Source: an uncultured virus (IMG/VR IMGVR_UViG_3300008113_000102)
Taxonomy: Duplodnaviria; Heunggongvirae; Uroviricota; Caudoviricetes
Strand: one strand, 5' to 3'
DNA: 64,000 bases
IMG/VR virus record: IMGVR_UViG_3300008113_000102
Positions 7,364 to 17,396 of this stretch are shown piece after piece. The position numbers and the translations under genes were made by a program. Under the pieces are notes generated by a model. The model made no database searches, had not been told where the DNA came from, and worked only from the letters and a program-made list of their open reading frames with translations. The number at the start of each line of letters is the position of its first letter. The stretch's first letter is position 1.

Positions 7364-7755
7364 AAAAGAAACCAATACATAAGTACAATGGAGGAATGGG
7401 TGCTACATTATGCCATCATTGTAGAGTTATAATAAATACAGGAATGACAGATGATATATATTGCAAGGATTGTGCAGACAATAAGGTAACCTACCACAAC
7501 AGGTACAGAGATAAGATAATCTTTGAACACAATGGAGATGAAGTTATTATGACAGGTGGTTCATGGATGCGGTATGGTATAGCAGATGATGATAGTATTA
7601 ATATGGTAGATCCATCAGGTGGCCCTTACATTGAGTTAGGTAATAACCTTAACCACTTTTGGCCGAAAGAAGAATACCAAGACCTTATCGTAGAATCTAT
7701 TAGGCTAAAAGATGGGGGAGGAGAAGCCACAACAGTTATATTTAAAATCAAATAA
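7360..7755 (+). CDS. Hypothetical protein with two CxxC motifs
   Basis: CHHC...CKDC. Confidence 0.7.
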   Translation: MKKKPIHKYNGGMGATLCHHCRVIINTGMTDDIYCKDCADNKVTYHNRYRDKIIFEHNGDEVIMTGGSWMRYGIADDDSINMVDPSGGPYIELGNNLNHFWPKEEYQDLIVESIRLKDGGGEATTVIFKIK

Positions 7756-7778
7756 AGGTAGTAAAACTACTACCTTTT
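7754..7778 (+). terminator. Intrinsic terminator-like hairpin
   Basis: AAAGGTAGTA-AAAC-TACTACCTTT(T) right after the stop. Confidence 0.55.
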
Positions 7779-8258
7779 GCTTCCGAATAAACCCACACTT
7801 TATTACATATTTCGTAACATTTTACCCTCTAATTATGTAACATGAGAACACTACTTATTCTAGCTTTATTATGGATTATAGGCGCTTTAATTGTGGTAAT
7901 AGCTGCCATGATAGAGAAGAACAACAATATGGAAATTAAAATGGCTGAAATGCAGTCAAAATTAAATGCAGTACAAATAAAATAATAAAAACATGAAAAA
8001 ATTAATTGGGATCTTTCAAGTAGTCTTTTTCTTTTTGGTTGGCATACCAGCCTTTATATTGCTTTACGGGACAATTGTAGTAACCTTTGCTATAAAGGAG
8101 TTATTCATCTTCATCTTCGGGAGGCGCGAGGTCTATTTGGATAACAGATAGTATCTTCAGGTCCTTATATTTTTGTAGCACATCAGACATTGAAACGGCA
8201 TAAACCAGCTTTGTCATTTTGGTTCCGTCCTTATCAAAGAAGATGCGATACGTTTTCA

Positions 8259-8483
8259 TCAGTTTAGCCATTTGCCTTTTGGACAAGCATCTGCCCCCTT
8301 TGGTGAGAAAACTTTTTTACTTGTTGTGCAGCCACATGCGTCACAATAATCCCTGACTTTACCCTGAACCCAGTGTTCGCAATCAATACAAGTTAAGAGC
8401 CTTTCTTGCGCAAGCTGGCTTTCTTCTTCTGTTGGATTCATAGAAGCTGCATACGATAAGAATATTTCTTTTAACTTGTTCAT
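8259..8483 (-). CDS. Small Cys-rich (zinc-binding-like) protein
   Basis: CIDC...CDACGC...CPKGKW. Confidence 0.7.
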   Translation of the reverse strand: MNKLKEIFLSYAASMNPTEEESQLAQERLLTCIDCEHWVQGKVRDYCDACGCTTSKKVFSPKGADACPKGKWLN

Positions 8484-9421
8484 ACGAATAAATTGGTATA
8501 ATTGGAGTGTTCGCCCCAGTAATTATGAGTTAAAGATAAATTATCTTTGCGATATATTGAATTGTGGCTGGTAAAATGTATGCCATGGTTGATATGGATA
8601 GCCTGATTTTCGCAGTTCCATTGGGTTCGTTTCATTGTTTGTGTTTCAATCATGCCGCTATTTGTACGCAAAGCATTGGGTAAAATGGCTAAGCAATGGT
8701 CAATGGCATCATCAAATCTCATGGTCATTTGGTGGAACGGCTCATCATCTTGCCCTCTCTCTTGCCACCCATTGATACAAACACCCCCGTAATTCATATT
8801 GGTAAGCACGTTACCTCTTGCAAATTCAGGGAAGTCAAAGTAACCCTTTGGGTACATTACATCATGCTCTAAAAAGGAAACGTAATCATATTCGCCAGTT
8901 TCTTTTGCAGCATAAAGGCATTGCATAATTTGGAGTAACTGATTAAGGTGGGACTGGGACTGATACCAGCTTCTAACTTGATAGAATGGGTTTTCAGGCA
9001 TAGGCTCCCACATACAAGTTACAATGTCTGCTACCCCCTCACTTGCTTCTTTAATGCTATTTAAAGATTTATAGATTGATGGCCATATCTTTTTGTTGTT
9101 GTTATTTGAATAGAATATACCCAATTTTCTGCTCTTTGACTTAGGGTATACAAATACACTACCTTCCCTAACGCTGAAAATATTGCCGTCTATATCCAAC
9201 TCCAAGTACTTTACATGACCAACTGCCGTATCTCCTATAATATCATTGTTAGACCTTACTACAAGCTTATCTGATACTACTTTATCTCTAATTAATTGAG
9301 TACAATCCTGACCTCCGTATGTTGCTTTATTTATGATCATATTATCTTTTTGCGTGCATGATACCCATTTGATTAATATCTGTACAGAACCAACCGAATT
9401 GATTAGTTGCAAATATCTCAA
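8480..9421 (-). CDS. Putative GT-A glycosyltransferase with small N-terminal domain (true start probably near 9340)
   Basis: YDYVSFLEHDVMY DxD-like motif; lies in a GT cluster. Confidence 0.6.
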   Translation of the reverse strand: MRYLQLINSVGSVQILIKWVSCTQKDNMIINKATYGGQDCTQLIRDKVVSDKLVVRSNNDIIGDTAVGHVKYLELDIDGNIFSVREGSVFVYPKSKSRKLGIFYSNNNNKKIWPSIYKSLNSIKEASEGVADIVTCMWEPMPENPFYQVRSWYQSQSHLNQLLQIMQCLYAAKETGEYDYVSFLEHDVMYPKGYFDFPEFARGNVLTNMNYGGVCINGWQERGQDDEPFHQMTMRFDDAIDHCLAILPNALRTNSGMIETQTMKRTQWNCENQAIHINHGIHFTSHNSIYRKDNLSLTHNYWGEHSNYTNLFV

Positions 9422-9854
9422 AACCTAGTTCAGTTAATTTCTTTTCTAGTATTTCTTTGCATGTAGGGTTGTGGTATTCAACTGCTATTTCTTCTACTGA
9501 TTCAAATTGCTCAGCAGTAATATCCTTCATGTGTTGCTCATGGCCTTCTATATCCATTTTGATTAACTCTGGTTTATGGTCTGTGATTAGGCCAAGTAAA
9601 TCATCAAAATTAGAAATGGTTTTGCAAATGAAAGTATGGTCAGGGAAAGTTTCATTTAACTTTTCAATCTCTCCGCATGATGCATCTACACCAATTATTT
9701 TTTTAGCTCCTCTGTTTATAAAGTATTGAGGAGTTGACTCAAATGGCTGGAACAACCACCCACAACCTAAATCTAAAACTACTTTACCTTCTACTTCTTT
9801 GATGTCGTTCCAATGTTCAAGTGGATTTTCCGACTCTACTACTTTTGTTGTCAT
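9342..9854 (-). CDS. SAM-dependent methyltransferase (FkbM-like)
   Basis: VLDLGCG motif I, IKMDIEGHE, IAVEYH. Confidence 0.75.
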   Translation of the reverse strand: MTTKVVESENPLEHWNDIKEVEGKVVLDLGCGWLFQPFESTPQYFINRGAKKIIGVDASCGEIEKLNETFPDHTFICKTISNFDDLLGLITDHKPELIKMDIEGHEQHMKDITAEQFESVEEIAVEYHNPTCKEILEKKLTELGFEIFATNQFGWFCTDINQMGIMHAKR

Positions 9855-10792
9855 AATAAAACTGATTTTTTTGCTGTTTCTTGTATAATATCCCAGTATT
9901 TCTTGCTAGCGGTTCCTTCGTTTATATTCAATGTTGCACTATAGGGCAACTGGTTCATGTATTCTGCTTTGTAGAATAAGCCACCGGCAGATGTAACAAC
10001 ACCGGCATTGTGAAATATATTTAATCTATCCCAATCCGCTTCGGTACTTGTACCCCATGAAAATTCTAATGCTGGGTGACAAATCGTTTCTGCTCCACGT
10101 TTCCAGCCATTCCATAGCACCGCCCACATGTCTGCGCACCATATCTGTAATTCGTGATGTGTTGGATCTAATTGTTTCTTTTCATTATTTAGGTGAGTTA
10201 CTTCATGAAACAATCTTTCGCAATCTTTCTCCACGTCCGCCCAAAACTGCGCATCAATACCTTTCATTAGGTACTGCGCTCCGATTGAGTTTAGTTCATT
10301 ATCTTTTACCAGTGATTCAGGTATGTCCACTATCTCACACATTTTATCTATTACGTCTTGGCCTTTGCCTAATATGTAGCTATGTGCTATGTACCAACGG
10401 CAATCGGATCCATACCACTTATCATCTTGTAGGAACTGCTCCCAATCTATTTTCTTTGTAAACGCAATGTCGCAATCGTGATAAAGAATAGCTTCACCAT
10501 TCAAATCATTTGCTTCAAAATGCTGCTTTAATATGTTTGGACGTATTGAGGATATATAATGTCTGCTTTCTCTGGTATCATCATAAAAAAAGAAACGAGC
10601 TGGATAATTAGCCGCGAGCTTGGCCCATTCTTCAGGTATCACATTGTTAATCTTCCAGCAAACAATATCAATCATGTTGGGGTTGATACCCATTTCAATA
10701 AAGTTATTAATCATAACTTCTACTTGCCATGCATAATAAAGTGAGGTTGGTTGAGCGCAAATGAACCTTAATTTCATGTATTTTTTTTCCAA
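9851..10792 (-). CDS. Putative peptide O-glycosyltransferase (HPAT/SGT1-like GT-A)
   Basis: YYAWQVEVM, IRP, YHDCD and WCADMWA motifs. Confidence 0.55.
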   Translation of the reverse strand: MEKKYMKLRFICAQPTSLYYAWQVEVMINNFIEMGINPNMIDIVCWKINNVIPEEWAKLAANYPARFFFYDDTRESRHYISSIRPNILKQHFEANDLNGEAILYHDCDIAFTKKIDWEQFLQDDKWYGSDCRWYIAHSYILGKGQDVIDKMCEIVDIPESLVKDNELNSIGAQYLMKGIDAQFWADVEKDCERLFHEVTHLNNEKKQLDPTHHELQIWCADMWAVLWNGWKRGAETICHPALEFSWGTSTEADWDRLNIFHNAGVVTSAGGLFYKAEYMNQLPYSATLNINEGTASKKYWDIIQETAKKSVLL

Positions 10793-10846
10793 AGTTAACC
10801 GAGTTAATTAAATTAAAAAATTATTTTTTGGAATATTGGCTATGTA

Positions 10847-11203
10847 TTAGTGCTTAACTATTAGCTGCTTCTTGTCTATGAATTTGTAGATAAACTCAGC
10901 TATGTGACCTGATAACCATGCTCCAGCTTCATCATCTACAATACCTCTGTCACTTTTTATTACATTTACTATGTGATAATTTTCATGTGATAGGGTATTG
11001 TGGCTTAAATACTTTTGCTCTATGATCATGTAGTAAACATCTATATCTGGGGTGATAACTGTACCTTCTGCATCTCCTTCAAACATCTGTTCCATTTTAT
11101 GCTTTTTGTATACTTTATTAGCTTCATTTATTAATGAATCTGTAATAATAAGTACCACCTTGCAACCATAGGTAGATATTTTCAGTGTAGATGTTAGTTT
11201 CAT
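10847..11203 (-). CDS. Small zincin-like protein
   Basis: SHENYH (HExxH) followed by DEAGAWL. Confidence 0.55.
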   Translation of the reverse strand: MKLTSTLKISTYGCKVVLIITDSLINEANKVYKKHKMEQMFEGDAEGTVITPDIDVYYMIIEQKYLSHNTLSHENYHIVNVIKSDRGIVDDEAGAWLSGHIAEFIYKFIDKKQLIVKH

Positions 11204-11424
11204 TAGTCCTCATTTATTAGTCTGTTAATATACCAAACTGCCTTTTTTAAATCTTCCTTCCCTCCTTTACGTTTCCACCTCCACAAATACTTTATGGCAT
11301 TGCCAGTAGCAAATGCTTCTTTACCATCTAATCCTTTTACTGCTTCGTCAATTGCGTCTATACACTCAATTTCCCCTACGTTATAATGTGCTGGGTGGTC
11401 TACCTTAGATGATTCTTCCTTCAT
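11203..11424 (-). CDS. DUF3310-family protein
   Basis: VDHPAHY...ECID...GNAIKYLWR...EDLKKA.WY signature. Confidence 0.9.
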   Translation of the reverse strand: MKEESSKVDHPAHYNVGEIECIDAIDEAVKGLDGKEAFATGNAIKYLWRWKRKGGKEDLKKAVWYINRLINED

Positions 11425-12403
11425 GAATAGCTATATTGTTGACTTTAAAGTTACCATTCTTTTCTACTAAAATATGGGCAAACCCTAAATTATGCTTTGT
11501 GCCATGTGGATCATAGTCAGGAGCCAGTGTACAAAGACAACCTACCGACCATGTGCCAATTGTTTCCCCCTTCAATGTCTTTTCAACGTGATGGCTGGTG
11601 GTATGCACATGACCTATGATTGCATTTGATTTAACGCGTAAGAATAACCCTCTTGCTGCGTTTACTGGGGCAAATACCCCACGAATCATTGTATGGCCAT
11701 GGTGCATCTGCAACTTGCCGGCCATTAAAACTACATGCTCCGCAAAGAACTTTACACCCAACTCATCAAGCTTCATTCTTTGTGGCAAGTGGTAGTACTC
11801 ATCACTAAATAAAATTGGAGCTTTCTTTATTAAGTATCGCTTAATCCACGCATCATGATTGCCCTCAATCCAATAGAATTTAGCTTTTGGGAATTGATAT
11901 TTTAGATATTCTATAAATTGTTTTGCATATTGGAACCACGTTCTAACATCATCAAGGCCCGGCGGTGGCGCATCATGGCTTGTAAATGGAGTATTATCCA
12001 ATATATCACCTCCCAGAACAATGCAGTTCACATCATTCTTTTTACCATATTCAACGGCTAATTCAATAGCTTCATTGTCTTGGTTAGGTATGTGAACATC
12101 AGAAAGCCAAAGAATGTTATTGCACTCTTTTGGCAGAACTTGAAATTCTCTTTCCTTACAATTTGAAGGAGGTAATTGCGGATTGTGTTCCATTATGTTT
12201 CTTGTAAGTTTTCTGCATTTATCACCAATTGAACCAGTAATAGTTCTAATCATTGTTCTGGCAACTTCTGGATTATCAAACAAATGAGGATGTCTTTCAA
12301 ATGCTATCTTTCCCAAGTTGGCTTTAGAACTATTAGGGAACTCTAATAAAAGCTCCCTGATTATCTTATTCTTGATTGTCGGTCCTGTGTGTTGATTTGG
12401 CAT
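11405..12403 (-). CDS. Calcineurin-like metallophosphoesterase
   Basis: SDVH, GDILD, EGNHD, HGH, GHVH motifs. Confidence 0.9.
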   Translation of the reverse strand: MPNQHTGPTIKNKIIRELLLEFPNSSKANLGKIAFERHPHLFDNPEVARTMIRTITGSIGDKCRKLTRNIMEHNPQLPPSNCKEREFQVLPKECNNILWLSDVHIPNQDNEAIELAVEYGKKNDVNCIVLGGDILDNTPFTSHDAPPPGLDDVRTWFQYAKQFIEYLKYQFPKAKFYWIEGNHDAWIKRYLIKKAPILFSDEYYHLPQRMKLDELGVKFFAEHVVLMAGKLQMHHGHTMIRGVFAPVNAARGLFLRVKSNAIIGHVHTTSHHVEKTLKGETIGTWSVGCLCTLAPDYDPHGTKHNLGFAHILVEKNGNFKVNNIAIHEGRII

Positions 12404-13002
12404 TATGCTAGGGTACTATGGAATACGCTAAATTTATCCTTTCTATCATCAAGACCATGAGTCCCTCCGTTCACACGCTTTGTTACTGCCACTACTACAT
12501 CATGGCTATGTCCTTTATCGCACACGTCCCATAGATTATTCTTATGGAAGAAGAAGGCTGCTGAAGTAAGTGGATATTTGGTAGCCACTAAATCAGGATC
12601 GGCCATAATATCATCATCTACAAATTTATCAAACGCTGCGTAATTATCCTTACCAGTAAGCTGGATATAACCACGACCTCTGAATTTAAAACCATCTCCA
12701 CTAGCTTCATCACCATTACCCATGCGGCCACCATAAACTTTGTTGGCAATTTTTTCAGGTTGTCTTGCATACTTTTCTGCTATTTCTGTAGTTGGGAAAT
12801 ACTTAGGGAAAATCTTACGAAGCCCATCAGCAGAGTAGTTCAAGTTTTCTTTTACAAACTTAAAGTTACCGCTTTCATGAGCGCATTGAGAAAGGAAATG
12901 AGATAATCTTAGTGGACCATCTATACCAAACTTCTCCATTATCAGAGGTATTTCCTCCATTACGTTTGCTGGTATTTTCTTGGATAACGCTTCTAGTTTC
13001 AT
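12403..13002 (-). CDS. Endolysin, glycoside hydrolase family 19
   Basis: FLSQCAHES, FRGRGYIQLTGKDNY, TKRVNGG. Confidence 0.93.
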   Translation of the reverse strand: MKLEALSKKIPANVMEEIPLIMEKFGIDGPLRLSHFLSQCAHESGNFKFVKENLNYSADGLRKIFPKYFPTTEIAEKYARQPEKIANKVYGGRMGNGDEASGDGFKFRGRGYIQLTGKDNYAAFDKFVDDDIMADPDLVATKYPLTSAAFFFHKNNLWDVCDKGHSHDVVVAVTKRVNGGTHGLDDRKDKFSVFHSTLA

Positions 13003-13003
13003 T

Positions 13004-13438
13004 TTATTTTATTTTAAAGTCTTTATTAATACCGATTGAATATGCTCCAAAAGTTCCACCAAAGGCACTTTGCGCTCCGTAGCTTAAAACGAAAGAGTAG
13101 TCTTTCTTCATTGGGATAGTATAATTGAAATCATACTCCATTGTTATGTCTTTATGGTAATAGAAGTAGCCTATTGCAGCACTTACGCTAAAGTTTTCAT
13201 AAATTGGGAATGTAGCCATAACTTCTTGATAAAAGTCTTTGCTATCATAAGTCCACCAACCGCTATTAATACCTACTGCCGTTTTGCCAAAATACTTTCC
13301 TACTTCAATAGTTCCCCCCAATAAATTTTTAGTATCGTTTAAAGGTGTATTAAATGCTACGTTAGGAGCTGCCATAACATAGTATTGAGCTTTCCCTTTT
13401 AACGCAAAACATAAACATATTATTGCTATAAATCTCAT
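13004..13438 (-). CDS. Exported protein, small beta-barrel-like
   Basis: Signal peptide ending in KAQ; amphipathic aromatic beta strands. Confidence 0.55.
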   Translation of the reverse strand: MRFIAIICLCFALKGKAQYYVMAAPNVAFNTPLNDTKNLLGGTIEVGKYFGKTAVGINSGWWTYDSKDFYQEVMATFPIYENFSVSAAIGYFYYHKDITMEYDFNYTIPMKKDYSFVLSYGAQSAFGGTFGAYSIGINKDFKIK

Positions 13439-14091
13439 TTCTTTTTCTTTTTAACGGCAGCTTTCTTAATTGGTTTTTTAACAGCTCTTTTGGTTGTCTT
13501 TTTCTCCAACTTTGGCTTCTTGAACACATCATATATAATAGATCCTAAAAGAGCGATGGCTAAGGCAATTGCTCCTATCATGAAGTTGGAAAACTTATTA
13601 AGAAGGGTTATCATTCCTTTGGTTTCTTTAGCCCCTATTGTTGTTTGAATGTCTATTAGGTCATTAACATACTCTAAAACAGGATAAATTCTTCTATCCA
13701 TTTCTCTGGCTTCATCATCTGTAACTATGCCATCGGCTGATATTTGAGCAAAATAATTGTCGGCAGAATCTATGTACTTTTGAGCTTTGTCGCTTACTTC
13801 TTTTTCTTCTGGTGTTTGGTAAGTCTTTAGGTAAGCAGCCCACATTGTATCTGTGATTGCTTTTTCCTTTTGAATAGAAACTAAATCAATCTTACCGCCC
13901 TTTATGACTTTAATTTGGTCTTGTATGGCTGAGCCGTAATAGTCAAACTTGCGGCTCAAATAAGGCTGCGGAACTAATCTATCTTCGTAAACGCTTGTTG
14001 CGGTCTTTTTAATTGTGTATTCTACATATTTACCAAACCCAGCAACAGCTAAAATTATGGCAGTTAATATAATTAATAGCGTATTTTTCAT
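13435..14091 (-). CDS. Two-TM protein with MCP-type four-helix-bundle periplasmic domain
   Basis: TM, SVYEDRLVP motif, helical domain, TM, Lys-rich tail. Confidence 0.6.
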   Translation of the reverse strand: MKNTLLIILTAIILAVAGFGKYVEYTIKKTATSVYEDRLVPQPYLSRKFDYYGSAIQDQIKVIKGGKIDLVSIQKEKAITDTMWAAYLKTYQTPEEKEVSDKAQKYIDSADNYFAQISADGIVTDDEAREMDRRIYPVLEYVNDLIDIQTTIGAKETKGMITLLNKFSNFMIGAIALAIALLGSIIYDVFKKPKLEKKTTKRAVKKPIKKAAVKKKKK

Positions 14092-14423
14092 CGTTTTCTT
14101 TTAGTTTTTGGTTGTTCTTTTTTTATAAATGACATAGGATCGGATGCAAATTGACCACTTATTTTTAATACTCCTTGTATTATTTCTGGACTATTCAAAC
14201 CGACTAAACCGTATGCAATAGCTTTATACATAGAATCAACCTCAAACTGCTCCATAACAAACCACGCAATAAGCGAAGCTATCATAGAGCTTATCATTTT
14301 TTTAGCAACATCTTTACCCGACTGCTCTTCATTAGTGGTAACAAGTCGAGCTACCATACCGGCAGCCCCAATGAGTAATACAACCCATCCACCATCTAAA
14401 AAATGTGCTATAAAATTATCCAA
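14088..14423 (-). CDS. Putative holin
   Basis: Three hydrophobic segments and a basic C-terminus, upstream of the endolysin. Confidence 0.6.
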   Translation of the reverse strand: MDNFIAHFLDGGWVVLLIGAAGMVARLVTTNEEQSGKDVAKKMISSMIASLIAWFVMEQFEVDSMYKAIAYGLVGLNSPEIIQGVLKISGQFASDPMSFIKKEQPKTKRKR

Positions 14424-14434
14424 CTAAATTAAAA

Positions 14435-14695
14435 TTACTTACGATCTTCTTTATTTTGTAACAAAATTAAAATCTGCTCGTTGCTTCTCTTGATGTCTTT
14501 GATATCATCTCTAATTTCTTTCTTATCTGCCTCTAATTGACCAATACGAACTTCATGGTTTTCATACTTCTTTCCGTCCTCTTCAAATTTACCAGTTAAG
14601 GCATAGTAGCCACCTAGTATTGTGAGGATTAATACAATTAAAGATGTTTTTGATTGCCAAGTACGTTCAACTTGCTTTTCAATTGTTGCTTCCAT
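14435..14695 (-). CDS. Single-TM coiled-coil protein (lysis module)
   Basis: TM followed by heptad-like segment. Confidence 0.6.
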   Translation of the reverse strand: MEATIEKQVERTWQSKTSLIVLILTILGGYYALTGKFEEDGKKYENHEVRIGQLEADKKEIRDDIKDIKRSNEQILILLQNKEDRK

Positions 14696-14697
14696 TT

Positions 14698-14958
14698 TTA
14701 TTCAGAGGTTTTGTTGCCTTTAAAATTTCCAATTAAATCTCCTATCTCCTTTACAGAAGCTAATCCTAAAGAAGTACATACTAAAACCACGGTACCCCAT
14801 ACCAATGATTCGGCTGGGACTACATGACTTTCACTATGTGAATTAGAATAAAGTGTCCAGTATAAGAAACCGGCACCAACGATTCCTACTAATCTTTTGC
14901 TTGAATTTGGGCTATCTGCTGAGAAAAACCCTGCTACCCAATTGAATAATTTTTTCAT
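14698..14958 (-). CDS. Two-TM holin-like protein
   Basis: SSKRLVG motif then two TM segments. Confidence 0.55.
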   Translation of the reverse strand: MKKLFNWVAGFFSADSPNSSKRLVGIVGAGFLYWTLYSNSHSESHVVPAESLVWGTVVLVCTSLGLASVKEIGDLIGNFKGNKTSE

Positions 14959-15037
14959 ATAAATAATAATATTAAGAGTACTAAAATAGCGTAAACAATA
15001 GCGAATACATACCCCTTGATATTATGATTTATACGTT

Positions 15038-15475
15038 TCATTTTTTGAGCTTTGTATAAATGTAAATAACAAGTAGGGCAATAAGAACAAAGAACAAGAA
15101 CTTATAAAAGTTATTGGCCATTTTCTTCTTATCTTTTTCAACTATAGTTTTGGTGATTGTTTCTGCCTTTGAAATGTTGGCAGAATCTTTTTTGGTTAGC
15201 TTGGATTCAGATTGCTTCTCGCGGCTGCCAGAAGTCCAAGTTTCTGTGTACTTTGGAATGGTTATCATACTATCTTTGGTTACCCATAGGGTATCGTAGT
15301 ATGTTATTGTTTTAGTAAAGTATTGTTCTTTTTCTATTACCTTTGTAACACTGTCATAGAACGTAACTCTCACACTATCAATGGATCTAGTTACTGTGCT
15401 GTCCATTCTCCTCTCGGTTTTCTTAACCGAAGCGCAGCTACAGAAAAAAATCATTATGATAGCGAGTCTATTCAT
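15038..15475 (-). CDS. Lipoprotein with C-terminal TM (unimolecular spanin candidate)
   Basis: N-terminal lipobox-like FCSC, beta-rich middle, C-terminal TM. Confidence 0.55.
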   Translation of the reverse strand: MNRLAIIMIFFCSCASVKKTERRMDSTVTRSIDSVRVTFYDSVTKVIEKEQYFTKTITYYDTLWVTKDSMITIPKYTETWTSGSREKQSESKLTKKDSANISKAETITKTIVEKDKKKMANNFYKFLFFVLIALLVIYIYTKLKK

Positions 15476-15523
15476 CTATCAAAAATAACTTTTTTCTGCC
15501 AAATTCTGCTAAAATTATATAAA

Positions 15524-15919
15524 TTAATATGCGTTATATGACTTCTCCTCTATGATGTCGGACTTGTACTTAATATTAATCTCTTTCTTGATGGCTGCTC
15601 TCTGGTCATTTAATCTATAAACCTGTCTTGCCAAAAAGACAAATAGCTTGTCAAACTCCCTGTCATTTTCGCAATCCCTAAGCGAATCTTCTACCACCCA
15701 TAACTGCCTATTTATATCCAAGAGCCTATGTGTTAGTGAATCCGTAGCCAATTCAGGATAGCTTTCTTTGATTACTTGGTTAATATACTTCCACTCTTTC
15801 TTAATGTTAATCTGCTTTATTTCATCTAAGATTTCAAATGATTTGATGGTTAAGATGGTGTACTTGTCGGCTATTTCGCCAATGCTTACTTCTATTTTCA
15901 TAATAATTATTTTAGGCAA
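15524..15919 (-). CDS. DUF6165-like protein
   Basis: IEVSIGEIADKYTIL...LWVVED..R...NDQRAAIKKEIN...EEKSY. Confidence 0.7.
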   Translation of the reverse strand: MPKIIIMKIEVSIGEIADKYTILTIKSFEILDEIKQINIKKEWKYINQVIKESYPELATDSLTHRLLDINRQLWVVEDSLRDCENDREFDKLFVFLARQVYRLNDQRAAIKKEINIKYKSDIIEEKSYNAY

Positions 15920-15968
15920 AGATATATTTATTTAATTAAATTAATTACTTTTGCTTAATTAAATTAAT
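15917..15968. promoter_or_regulatory. Divergent promoter pair
   Basis: TATCTTTG on - (15917-15924) and TACTTTTG on + (15946-15953) around TTAATTAAA repeats. Confidence 0.65.
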
Positions 15969-15971
15969 TTT

Positions 15972-17396
15972 ATGCCAACTAGCTTTCAATTTTTTAAACA
16001 AGAGGTAAGGGATTACATAGTAGATAACGTAGACATAAACAAAAAGATATTAGATGTGGGTGCTGGTATTGGCACCTATTCTGATATGCTAAAAAACTAT
16101 GGCTACTACATGGATTGCGTAGAGATATACGAACCTTATGTAGCTAACTATCAATTAGATAAGAAGTACAACAATGTATTCATACAAAGCGTAGTTGGTT
16201 TTCATTTTGACTATTACGAGTTTATTATCATGGGTGATGTGCTTGAACATTTGTCTGTGGAAGATGCACAAAGTATCATTAGAAAGATAGTCCATAGCGG
16301 TAAGCAATGTCTGGTGGCAGTGCCATACCTCATGGAACAGGGAGAGCATGAAGGCAATGTCCATGAAACACATTTGCAGCCTGACTTGACTCCGGCAGTC
16401 ATGGAAACCAGATACCCAGAACTTAGATTACTTTACGCTAACCAGTATTATGGTTACTATGTAAACAGAACCCAGAAGCACGATAAAGCCTACCTATTGT
16501 ACGCTGATGAATCTTATTTTGATTTGGTCCAAGTATGTGCTGAATCTATCCGTAAGTTTAGTGAAGTACCAATATTGGTTTACATGCTAAACTCTGATAA
16601 GAAGATTGCTGATATAGAAGATACCAAAACAATAAGATGGGATTGTGATGTAAAGCACCTGAAACAAAGGTCCGAATACATTGATAGATCCAATAAAAGC
16701 ATTTACAAATTACTTATACAAAGACCTTTAATAACCAAACACGCACTTGAAAACTATGCAGAAACGATTGCTTACGTTGACTCTGATTCTGTGGCTAGTC
16801 CATACGTTGACAATATCTTTACTTTCTATAATGATGAATCAAGTTACCCATTTTTTACAGAGGGTATATATGAATACCTTATGGTCAATGGTAGAGGTGG
16901 CGCTGAAAGTAGGACGGATTTAAGCACTACATTGGAAGCACCAGCATGTGACCTATTCAACATCAACCAATATGTACGCAACAGGTACAGACAAACAGGA
17001 TATTATGTAGCAGGGCAAAATACTATTGACTTCTTGGAGGAATGGCACTGGATGTGCAACCACCCTGAAATTTTAAAGAACCATAACCACTATGCACCCT
17101 TCCACGAAGAAACCGTATTACAAGCGTTACTATATAAGCGCAAAGCTTTTGGAGGATTGCCATATTGTTATATCAATGGACTACATAAAGAATTAGAATT
17201 TACTGGCCATGATAATTTAATAGGACCATGGATTAAAGTTCCTTCACATAAAGAGCATTTGTTATTTTATCATGGAGAAAAGAACATTGAAAAGATTAAA
17301 GAATTTATAAACGAAACCTATAACCAAGAAGAAACACTAGAAGAATGGAAATCTAAGTTTACTCATCACTGTGCAATAAAAAAAAATAACCTATGA
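15972..17396 (+). CDS. Methyltransferase-glycosyltransferase fusion
   Basis: N-terminal ILDVGAGIG and GDVLEHL; C-terminal GT-A-like YVDSD. Confidence 0.75.
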   Translation: MPTSFQFFKQEVRDYIVDNVDINKKILDVGAGIGTYSDMLKNYGYYMDCVEIYEPYVANYQLDKKYNNVFIQSVVGFHFDYYEFIIMGDVLEHLSVEDAQSIIRKIVHSGKQCLVAVPYLMEQGEHEGNVHETHLQPDLTPAVMETRYPELRLLYANQYYGYYVNRTQKHDKAYLLYADESYFDLVQVCAESIRKFSEVPILVYMLNSDKKIADIEDTKTIRWDCDVKHLKQRSEYIDRSNKSIYKLLIQRPLITKHALENYAETIAYVDSDSVASPYVDNIFTFYNDESSYPFFTEGIYEYLMVNGRGGAESRTDLSTTLEAPACDLFNINQYVRNRYRQTGYYVAGQNTIDFLEEWHWMCNHPEILKNHNHYAPFHEETVLQALLYKRKAFGGLPYCYINGLHKELEFTGHDNLIGPWIKVPSHKEHLLFYHGEKNIEKIKEFINETYNQEETLEEWKSKFTHHCAIKKNNL

